In this document: piece by piece, positions 29,001 through 41,000 of the stretch
Layout: each line of letters opens with the position of its first letter
How positions within the stretch are numbered: the first letter of the stretch is position 1
Source of the DNA: Owenia fusiformis
Taxonomy: Eukaryota
Assembly: GCA_903813345.2 (NCBI GenBank)
Contig: CAIIXF020000001.1
Location: 30,380,001 to 30,444,000, forward strand
Length of the DNA: 64,000 nt
Direction of reading: 5' to 3'
The notes under the pieces: model-generated
Database searches by the model: none
Told to the model about the DNA's origin: nothing
What the model saw: only the letters and a program-made list of their open reading frames with translations
Made by a program: the position numbers and the translations under genes

Positions 29001-32000
29001 GAGGCGCTGTGTTCTATGAACATTAGGCAATACTTTCAAGTTTCAAATAAGAATTATTGCCATGCCCTTATCCTCCAACTGCTACCATAAAGTTATACTA
29101 CTCCAACAGTCACTTATTTCTGAACAGCCACATGTTTAATATCATGATATTATGATATTATATTGTGATATTAATATCATAATATGGTCAAATGGTTAAA
29201 AAGGGCCAATGTGAAAAATTCTGACAAATTATTTTGATTTAGCTAATTTTATTTTATTGATTGACTCATGAGCATGTCTGTGTCTCCAACTTATCTTATT
29301 TTCATTGTGTGTTTGTAGATCTCTGATGTAGTAGTGCCTGGTGAAACAGAGATCACACCTAAAGATGCCCTCCTACACTGGAGCAGACGAACAGTTGAAG
29401 GCTATCCTAATGTACAAATTAAAGATTTTTCAAAAAGCTGGCGAGATGGCCGAGCATTCCTTTCTATTATTCACAGACACAGGTAAGAGTGCCATCTTTT
29501 AATGAGATATCTTGTAGTCAGATGGAGTGTAGGGATTATGTACTGTTGATCTGGGTTTAATTAATTTGTCATATATTTATTTCACATGTAACTTATTATT
29601 GTACAAAGTACTAGTGTTATTCATGTGGAACTTCAATTATTATGGGATAAATTGGGTATCAAACCTTATATTTTGGATTATTCTTTATCTGAATCAGAAT
29701 ATTTTTAACTTTATTAGTTAGACCCAAGTCAGGGTCTACGTCAGGTAAACGTTTGGTCAATTTGATAAATTATTTGTAAAAAATTAAATTAAAAAGTTGA
29801 AGAAGAAACCAATTGTTAATGAAAAGCCAAGAGATCATTAATGAGCTAAACTTAACTTATCCCTACAAATCAGGAACTTTGCTTATCACTGATTTACAAT
29901 ATTAACTTATCTTATGGTTATTTGATAACTTATTTATTGTATTTGTTCAAACCTAAAGCTTTTAATATTCCCATCACAAAGGACCCTCCACTTGTTTTAA
30001 TAGTCCTTGAATTTCTTGGTTAAATAAACACTCTACTAAACAACTACTAAACCTTTTATCTGTGTGTTGTATTTTGATGTGTCATGATTTGTCTTCACCT
30101 GGGCTGACCTTATTGTCTTAGAGTATAGAGTAACCGAAAACTTCCGTGACAAGTGGGACAATGTTTCTACATGTTTACCAATGAAAGCAGTATACAAGCC
30201 TACATTTTTAAGAGGCCAACTTCATTTGCTCNNNNNNNNNNNNNNNNNNNNNNNNNNNNNNNNNNNNNNNNNNNNNNNNNNNNNNNNNNNNNNNNNNNNN
30301 NNNNNNNNNNNNNNNNNNNNNNNNNNNNNNNNNNNNNNNNNNNNNNNNNNNNNNNNNNNNNNNNNNNNNNNNNNNNNNNNNNNNNNNNNNNNNNNNNNNN
30401 NNNNNNNNNNNNNNNNNNNNNNNNNNNNNNNNNNNNNNNNNNNNNNNNNNNNNNNNNNNNNNNNNNNNNNNNNNNNNNNNNNNNNNNNNNNNNNNNNNNN
30501 NNNNNNNNNNNNNNNNNNNNNNNNNNNNNNNNNNNNNNNNNNNNNNNNNNNNNNNNNNNNNNNNNNNNNNNNNNNNNNNNNNNNNNNNNNNNNNNNNNNN
30601 NNNNNNNNNNNNNNNNNNNNNNNNNNNNNNNNNNNNNNNNNNNNNNNNNNNNNNNNNNNNNNNNNNNNNNNNNNNNNNNNNNNNNNNNNNNNNNNNNNNN
30701 NNNNNNNNNNNNNNNNNNNNNNNNNNNNNNNGCCCCAAGTTAGCTCAGCTGACGTCAGGGGAAGGCGCCTCTAAGGTGGAGAATACCCTTACTAAGGATC
30801 AGAGCAGGTTTGAAGCTCTTGCAGATCAAGGGTCTCGAAGGGCAGAAAAACTTCATCTTTCACGTCAAAAATCTATGGAGGTATGTTGTTTGACATTAAT
30901 CATATCATTCTTATATATGTTTTTATTATTAGTCAATCAACACCTCACTTAATTGCACAAAATGTAGGATAAATATATAAAACACAATATTTCATTTTCT
31001 AGTTATATAGTAAATCTTTGAAGGAGTCTTATATAATGTTAATATAGATCTCCATAGATGGATACTTAGGATTAATAATTTAAGACATCATAGAATAAGA
31101 ATATGAAAACTCATATATCTAAGGTGTCCATTTTGGCTTTTCTGGACAAATATTTCAACCAACCATTTACGTTCTCTGTATAACAATTTCAGATACCAAA
31201 AGTAGGTCAAGTAGAAATAAAAAAGAAATTTAAGATTTTCCCATAGACTAAGAATGGTATTCAAATGTTAACATATGTGGAAAAAGTGGAAGTTATTATG
31301 ATTTACCTCCATTTAACAAAACATGAAATGTTGCTCTACCGTTTACTTGATTTTCACTCAAAATTCCATATTTTTCACCAACAATATCTTCAATTACATT
31401 GGAATGAAGTTCATTTCTCCACAACTGTTGACATTTTGACACCATTACCTCATGTTCTTTGTTATAATTTGTATATAGTTACAGTTATGTAAGACTATGC
31501 ATTACCTTTATATCAGTACACTGGCTTTCATCCCATCCCATATCAATACATAGTAACCTGGTACTTCTTACAATATATATTGAAATAATAAATGTGTCTT
31601 CACGGTGGTCATATCTGATAATGGAATTGAACCAAAGGAGGAAATATCATCATTCAGTCCTGATATTTAAAACAAGAGTCTATGTCCACATTTTGTTTTG
31701 AAATATCACCAAATCAAACTCATTGATCTCTTTACATAATATGTATGTTAATATTATCAATCTATGCACTACTCCACCATTGCCTTCTGACTTTTTTTGA
31801 AAAAAACCCAATTACATACAATCCAACCTATTCCATGACATATGCTAATACCCCTAATTTGGAAAAATGGGCAAGTCCAAAAACAACAGGATAACCTGAA
31901 TCCCTCTAGGTCAACTGACCTAACACCCCTTTATATGCTATATCTTCATAATTGTACTTGCCTATGTATGGAAAAGTGGAAAAATTTTAGAGTCCAGTTT

Positions 32001-35000
32001 TTTTACTCTATCTGCTAGAAGTTTCTTAGATAATTGGTAAATTGATGGCAGATATATGCAGGACTAGGGGTTACCAGATTGTTACGGGAACCTAGTCAAC
32101 GTGATAGTTTACAGAAGTTGGAAAATCTACAATCTGAACTGGCACAGATGACCAAGTAGCCGATCTTTGGGACAGCAAGGTGTATATTAGAAGCATGCAC
32201 AACTTGAGTAGCAGTTTACTGAGGGAGTTGGTGCCCACCATCCCATGGTAGATCTTCAAGACTATACCTCAGCAGGGCCTCCTCAGCAGCAGAAGGTACT
32301 TGGACAGAGTCACAAGTCATTCTTCAGTGCAGTGAGCTCATTTGTGGTTGTATTTTAGTGTACTTCTAACACTAGAAATAGGTCAGTTTTTAGGAAATCC
32401 TTCCATGGATTTTATTTTCAAGCTACACGCTTAGCTAACAGTCAACTTAAGGTTAGCCTAGCTTGTCTTTGGGACAATAAGTTCAGACCCAGTTGAACTT
32501 TATTTGACCCCTACTGGCTTGTATTATCTTTTTTGTAAAGGTTTTTCACTCATACTTTGAACCTTTCTATAAGGGACCTTTACTCTTTAACCCTATACTA
32601 GTATACTTTTACTAGCTCTAGGGTTCTAATCCTTTGAGTTCATGACTATACTTATTGTGTAGTATATTATGTAATGATGGCCTTCTAGGTTCATAAGGTT
32701 ATTCCCCTTATTCATGCACCTACAGTAGCTTTGTTGGAGTTCATTGCTTTGAATGACTATTCCTTAGTTTTTCACTCAGTAATCATTACATTCAAGCTGT
32801 GCTTATCCACTGAACAGTGTTTTCTTTTTTGAAATGTTGTGTTCAGGGATTATGAATAGGTGGAGTTTTTCTAAGAACTCTACTGATTGATGACTGTAAA
32901 TTATTATTACACTTTACTTGTATTGAAAGATCTTTTTGCTGATCTTGTTTATTTTTCTTACTTTTTATTAGTCGGGAATTAGTCTCAACGTTGTTTCTAG
33001 TTTAGTAACTAGCTTGACTAGATAACATATTTTTCAGTTGGATTGAATCTGCATTGTTCCTAGATGTAGTTAATTCTCATCCTTATTCACAATCACTTTA
33101 CACCCTTTGTAGGGATCTTGGTTCCAGCACTTTATGGAATTGTGTGGTTTAGCAGTCAATTAATTTAATATTAGTTTTTTGGACAATTTAAGAGATGTGA
33201 ACGTTTCATTCACTTGCTACTCTTCACATCACTTGTTTTCTATGTTCTGTTTGTTTTCTGCTTACAGATACACTCAGCTTTTACATTTGTATTTCTTATT
33301 CATCAACTAATTTTAGGTCTAATTTTACATTCGTGTAAAATTAGTTAGTTTACAGAAGCCTTACTTTAAGATACATTGAATGGCTCATTAATGCCTTCTG
33401 GTCACAACATATTCATTCTTTATTTATACCAGGGCATAGGATGTTTGTTCTACAATCATTTTGGATATCTTGGTTTTCAAATCTTGTTTCATTATTTTGA
33501 ATTTACAAGGATAATTTTTACTAAGTTTTTTTTTGTTTGTTTGTACTTTTGTGTCTCTTTATGGAGATCTACATTATTGTTTATCTACATATCTCAGGTC
33601 CACTCTATGTCTTAGAATCTTTTGGTTAGTTTTACCCTAACCACATTTTTTTATGGAGTGGCTCACCTTAAAATATGCTTCATACTTTTGAACAGCTACT
33701 TATCAATCACTCCTTTTCTGGTATTGATTGGTTTCATGCATATTTTCTAAGTAACTATATGTTTCTTTATAAGCGGTGTACCTTCACACATGTTTGAATC
33801 TTGTCTTAAATTGATAAGATCATGAGTCAATTGATTGAAATATAATTTTATATTATTCAATCAACAGTAGAAGAGAGGATTCTACACATCGGTTCAGGTT
33901 CTTTATACTACGAATCTTGTGTTTTAAACACGCTTCTAAGTGATGGGCTCTCATTCTTATTATCTGGAGCCTGTTTTCTTTCATTTTCGTTCTTATTCAT
34001 AACCATAGTACTTATTCATTCATGGATTGGTTATTATTTTCAACAAGGTGGTTTTCATCTAATATTGAAAACACATCCCTTTGATTGTGAAAGTTGCCTT
34101 TGTGGTTTTCGGGCCTGGATTGCTTTAAGGTTTCACTCCAGTTCCAGACTTCATTTGGTGTTATATTTTTACTAGTTCATGTTCATAGTACTAATACTAC
34201 TTTTTAACTAGTAAAAGGCTGGTAGTTTTAACCACTTGGATAAACTGACCATGTTTTTTATCATATAGTTTTTTCCCCTGAGAAACTGCGAGTCACTTTT
34301 ATTGTGGGATTCATCTTTGTGGTCTTTGGGCCTGGATTTCCTTCAGGTATCACTCCAGTCCCAGACTCCTTTTGGTCTTATTTTATTACTAGTTCATGTT
34401 CATAGTACGTATACTACTTTTTAACTAGAACAGGTTGGTAAATTTAACCAATTGGATAAACTAATCATGTTTTATGATATTGTTTTTTCCATTGAGAAAC
34501 TACAAGTCACTTTATTTGTGGAATTAATCTTGGGCTTTTTGGACCTGGATTGCTTTAAGGTTTCACTCCAGTCCAGACTTCATTTGGTTTTATATTATTA
34601 CTAGTTCATAGTACTTATACTACTATTGACTAGTAAATGCTGGAAGTTTTAACCAATTGGATAAACTTATGATATAGTTTTTTCCCTTGAGCAACTGCAA
34701 GTTTGGCTTAAGACTACTGAAAAGTAATGTTCTTGGACCAAGCGTTGTATGGATCCAACAATTGACTGGTAGACACATGCAGTAGTACTTCGATGACCAT
34801 GCGGGCCTGATGTATATGCTGTTGATACTAGAGTTTCAACTCCAAGCCAAGTTTGATCTACAAAGGTTATGCTCCAAGTCAAGAACTTTGTGGATCCAGC
34901 ACTACCTTACTACATACTGTAGTGTTCCAATACACCTACATTCATGATGTATGCTCTTGGTAGCTTTAGACAGACCCGGGAGAAAGCTGACTATTCTTGT

Positions 35001-38000
35001 CAACCAGTGCTGCCAACTACAACCTGGATGAAGTTAAAGGTTACGTTTTTGGACACAGATTTTGGTTGATCTAGCACTACTATACTCTCATACTATACTA
35101 GTAGTGCTTCCCTTTGTAGCAGAATCTACGTTCAATGCTGTTATACTCTTATAGACAGATAGATGTACTATCCATTGAAGATACCACTAGTCTGTCTTTT
35201 GCAAGCCTGTGAAGAACATTTGAAAGTTTTTTGATCCAGTGAGTTTCTGAATTCTTCTGCAGTAGTATGTCAATATGCACCACTAGCTATGATGTTTGCT
35301 GTTTACAACCTGGACAGATGGATGTTCTAACCACAATCCAATAGTTATCAACTACAATGCCGAATACAACAATTGAAGGTTGCATTCCAAGCCAAGCTCT
35401 TTGTGGGAACAACACTTAGCAGTGCTTTGATGGCAGTAGAATACTTTCTGTTATGCTCTGTTGGCACTATAGACAATCATAACAGTTATATCCTTATCTT
35501 CTTAAAGATGTCTAACAAGTTTACCAACAAATGCAAGCTTGTTTCCAACCACCTTTAGATTCATCTCCATACTAATCCTTTATAGATAAGTATGGACCTG
35601 TATGCTGTTCTACTTTGTGCTTGATGTGCCACTGTGTCTACTAGGGAAGCTGTGTTACAGTTTTATACAGATGGATAGACTGTCTAGATGCACTAGTTGT
35701 CCATTGAAGAACTTCTTTTGGCCAGATGGAAGATGTCTCTTCTTGCCCAGGTCAGCAGTAATGGTTGATCTGTTCTATGATGAATTCTAATTGGTACTAC
35801 AAAGAAGATGGTTTGACTTATCCCTGTAGTTATCTGGTGGCTCTACCAACCTCGACTGGCTGGGTCTACGGAGGTGTCTTGCTCCATGTAACTTTGTTAT
35901 GGATCCAAAAGACAAGAATCACTTAGCAGATGTGTAGTGGTATTGTTCTATGTCGTTAAAACCATTCTACAAGTTGGCTGAAACGGCTTTATGATCATCG
36001 CTGGTCCAGACTGGATGTTTATTCAACTAACATCCAACTCTGAGAGCAGAGACTAGACAAGATGTTGTGTGTACCACCTCACTTTGTATGCAAGACTGGT
36101 TCCTTTAGGACCCTGTGCTGTGAAGTATGGTAGTTGATTTATCGGCAGCTTCCTAGAATTCCAATGGATGAAAGGATGATGCCTTTGTCTACATTGACAA
36201 GAACTACAACAATGGCTTGGATTATCTCAAGTATATCTCATCCAAGCTGCAGGTGGGTCTACATCTTCAAGAACTTTATACAACTTTAAGTACTCTGCAA
36301 CTTGTTACCAACTCAGTATTGCACTGTAGTCTGGTGATTGGAAGTAACACTGGGTGGACTTGGTTTGTCTTTATTTTGTACACAGCCATTCCTTGTCTAT
36401 CCAGTTCTTGTGTAAGCGGAACTGTTTTGCAGAAGGGTTCAACTCAACCAGCTTGTGACCTGGACCTTTGAAGAACTACAAGGTTGCCTCGTTTGGTTAA
36501 ACGGCCCATCCTTGGTTAACCAGTTCTATTCATAGGAGTTATTTGCAACCCTTAGATGGGTAAGGATACTCACTGTGAAAGGACATAACAGTCTCCAAGA
36601 TGTGTAGCTGAACTGTTTTGCAGAAGGGTTCAACTCAACTAGCTTGTGACCTGGACCCTTGAAGAACTGCAAGGTTGCCTCGTTTGGTTAAACGGCCCAT
36701 CCTTGGTTAACCAGTCTCTATTCATAGGAGTTGGTCATTACCCTTAGATGGCTAAGACTGCTCACTATGATAGGACAATAACAGTGTTACAGATGTGTCA
36801 CAGCCTCTGCCTTACAATGGATGATGGTGGCTGTTCTACTAGGGATCACTATGGTTTGTGAGATCAGAGTACTTGTTGGTAATATGAATTTTACTTTTAT
36901 TATAAGTACTTGTGTATATATATTTATTATACTTTTGGGCTTAATCGGGGTCCCACCTCCTTTACTTTTAATTCAGCATATGTCATGGAATAGGTTGGAT
37001 TGTATGTAATTGAGAAATTTTACAAGTAAATTTTCTATTAATTACAATACAAACCTATTCCATGACCATAGGCCCACCCGGCCTCCCCGCAGTATTTTTA
37101 AGTTTTACTGCGTACAATTATGAAGATATAGCATATAAAGGGGTGTTAGGTCAGTTGACCTAGAGGGATTCAGGTTATCCTGTTGTTTTTGGACTTGCCC
37201 ATTTTTCCAAATTAGGGGTATTAGCATATGTCATGGAATAGGTTTGTATTGTAATTAATAGAAAATTTACTTGTAAAATTTCTCATCTTTTACAAGTGTT
37301 ATATAATTTATCTATGTTTGTTTTCATGAAAGATATTTCAACTAGATATTATAAATTAGATATATTACAAATTGCTTACTTCAAAACACTCCCCTGCTTC
37401 TATCCTATGTTTAAGTCATTAAGGTGGACCTCGCTGGACAATTTCATGAAGCTTAATATACATTCGTCTCTACCTACCTTAAAGTATTTCCTACAGTAGC
37501 TATTAAAGTTAAAATGTGCGTTTTCTGTTTCATCATTATTATTCATTTGTTTTATCTCTCTCTTGATTTTCACATGCATCTGCAAAAAGTTTCTCTATTT
37601 GAAATAAGCCTTGTTATTGTTTTTTAACTCTCACACTGTTGTGGTGGTTTATTGCCAATGTATTGAACTCTTCAATGTTTATTTCCAGCTTATTGGTGAT
37701 CTAGATGAGCTGTCTGATTGGTTTAATGAGGTTGACAATGAGTTACAGAATGCTTTGCCACCAAGTGTGGATCCTGAAACATTGAAAGATCAACTGAAGG
37801 AACATAAGGTAAAACTAAAACCATATAAACAAATCCAGCTTTTTTAATCAATGAAATGTATCTACTTTTCTTGTATTCTACCTTTCGATGAATCTGATAA
37901 ATAATTTTGAATGATTATGTATAATTAAAACAATACCCAATTAACAGTAGAATCAGTTTCACGAGTCTTTGCACTCTCCTAAAAGTGTGTTGTATCTTAA

Positions 38001-41000
38001 TTAGAATACATCATTTTCATATGATCTTTTACCCATCTATAGATGCTGAATGACGATATCATGATGCAGAAAGGTAAATCTCGTGACTTGGTCTCCCTGG
38101 GTAAGAAACTCCTTCGAGAATCTTCAACAGAGTTAGAACCAGACATACGTGATAAGGTAGATGATCTCAAGAAACAGGTAGACTCTGTGTCCAAGCAGAG
38201 TGCTGATAGATTGAGCGTGCTGGAACAGGCATTCCCTCTTGCTGGCCACTTCCAAGACACACATACTGATCTACTGCAATGGTTCAATGAGATTGAGGGA
38301 GATATCAGGGCAGCTGAAGGCCCTGCTGTTGGCACAGATCAGATCAAACAACAACAAGATCATATAAGGGTAAGTATTTTCTGTATTATGTTTACTAGTA
38401 GCTGATATTCAAATGGAATTATCACGTGTGCCTGTCATTGCCTGTGTATGATCAAGGTTAGCCAAAATATTCACTTCACAGGGCCTTCCTTAAGAGTTTA
38501 AGTATAACTATTGTATGCTATTTTTCTGTTCATTTACAATTTTTTTCATTTAATTATTTTCCTCATTTTTCTTTATATTGTATTGGTATTGTGCCCTCTA
38601 CAGATGCTGAAACAAGACATAACTGACCATAAGCCACTGGTGGACAAACTCAACAAAACAGGCCCTGCACTGCTGAAATTAGTTGGTGAAGATGAAGGAG
38701 AAAACATCCAAGAAATCATGGAAGCAGACAATGAGCGTTTTGACACAATCAAAAACAGCATCAGAGAGCGTACAAATGTCTTAGATGACGCCATGCAGCA
38801 AACATCAGAATTTGTAGAAAAGCTAGAAAATATTGTAGAAACCCTACAAGATACTGCCCAAGCTGTTGAAAAGGCTGAGCCTATATCTGCCCATCCTGAT
38901 AAGCTGAAGGACCAGTTAGCTGACAACAAGGCTATCATTGAAGACCTGGATAAGCGCCTAGCAGCCCTTGAGACTGTCCAAGCCTCTGCAGAACAACTAG
39001 TAGGAGAGGCAGAAGGTTTAGAAGATGAAGCAGCTGGAGGTAAGCACGACCATAAATTAATCAAATAATATTAGATTAACTGGAAGAGAATGTTACAAAG
39101 TTCTATCATCACTTGCAGTAGTAATTGAGAAAAATGAAATTGGAGATACATTGATTGAAAGCATCACTGAACCAAATAAAATATAAAAAAATATAAAATA
39201 TTAAAAAAAGATATCAAATCATAATCTTAGAAATGTCATACTCATCTATACATTTTGTACAAATCTGTTCTTGTTAATGCAGTGTATAAGAGAAGCTTTC
39301 ACAATTTGATGTTTTATTCCATGATGGTGAAATTCCCTGCAATCTGATTGGTCCACGTGACTTAAATATATTCTGTATTTACACGCACTTTCCTGTGTCA
39401 ATGACGTCAGCGTTGGGATACGGTCCAGTATCCCAACGCCCCAGATTTCCATCCAGGATATGACTGTTACTGAAAAAAATCAATGGCGATTACTTTGCAC
39501 CAACGCATGCTTATCTTTGAATTTTGCTATAAATATCTGATTCAAATATCAGAAACGTATACTGTGATCACCAGAATCAATAATTTTAAGAGGAAAAAAC
39601 GCAAACAAAAAGCAAACAACAAGGACATAAAGATTTTGAAGGAATATCGATGTAAAATATCTCTGAGGTGAGAAGGTTGATCTGTTTCTCCGGCCCCAAG
39701 CCAACGGACTTGATTTAGGCGAATTTTATATGGGTAATCATGGAATAAAACGTTTTTTAATGATTTCTTGTGAAATACAGAAAATATTCTTCCCTTGAAC
39801 GTCTGTATTTCACTCTGCTAGCGCATCGTGAAATACAACCTTCTCGGGAAGAATATTTTCTGTATTTCACTCGAATCATTGAATAACTTATAATATCATC
39901 AAAATGTATGTCCTTCTTTTGAAATAACAGATTTGAAGAACAAAGTTGGCGACCTTGTTGACATGTACAAGAACCTGAAGAAGGCCACTGAGGACAGGAA
40001 CAAGGCACTGGAGATGACACTGGATACCTCTGAGAAGTTCTGGGATGAGCTGAAGGATGTTGAGACAGCTATAAAGGACTTGGAGGATGGCATCAGAACT
40101 CAAGAGCAGCCAGGTGTACAACCAGAAGTCATCAAAGAACAACAGGAGATCCTAGATGTAAGATTATCAACACATGATATTCATCATTTACTTATTGATT
40201 CATAGATATCTATTTTCTTGTGATTCAACATTTTACTTCTTATAATGTTTTGTTTCTATTTCTCATAAAATAATATTAATACCTTGTATATTATATGTAG
40301 ATCATGCAAATGTTGCCCTTTCCCTGTCTTGTGGAAGTCCAAGAGAAGTTATGTTTATTGAAGTCTTGCTGCATATTACTGAATATTTAGTTATCTACAT
40401 GACAATTATTTATCTTCAGGCAATGCGAGAAGAGATTGAGGCCTCTAAGGGTGGTGTAGATGACATTGCACACACTGGTGATACTCTTATGGGACTCATT
40501 GGTGAACCTGATAGGCCAGAGGTGAAAAAGAACATTGATGATACTGAGGCAAATTGGGAAGCACTTTATAAACAATGGGAGGACCGTCAAGCTGTCCTGG
40601 ATGATGCCTTGAGAAGTTCACAGAAATTCCACGATGAGCTAATAGTAAGACCAGACTTTCATTTTTTATGTCCCCACCACAGTGTTAGCCATATTTTCAG
40701 CCTATATTTATTTGAAATGCAATGTTATTATGATTTTTATTTTAATGAAATGAGAATGAAATGTGGGTAATGAATGAATAATGAATGTTAGAATTTATCA
40801 TGAAAGCTATAAGTCACACAGAAAAAAAATCTAATTCATTTTTTACATTGCAGCAAATCCTGGCATGGCTTCAAGAACAAGAGTCCAGCTTATCAGACCT
40901 TGGTACAATAGGGGTAGATACAGACACAGTAAAACAACAGCTTGAAGATGTGAAAACATTCAAAGCTATGGTGGACCCCAAGAATGCAGACATTGAATCT

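Larger units (their letters stand above)
31809..37285 (+). mobile_element. DIRS1-type (tyrosine-recombinase retroelement) architecture, apparently non-autonomous, 5477 bp
   Basis: 31825-31957 is the exact reverse complement of 37112-37244 (133 bp). Internal complementary region 36975-37066 = rc(31809-31846) fused to rc(37230-37285). CA is shared at both ends. No ORF over about 85 aa inside. Confidence 0.9.

Noticed and set aside
30153..30774. ORFs of 176-197 aa
   Set aside because: Artefacts of translating through the N gap
32045..32340. Short gag-like peptide ([29 protein letters not shown]) in the DIRS-like element
   Set aside because: Interrupted by stops with no recognisable motif; not callable without a homology search
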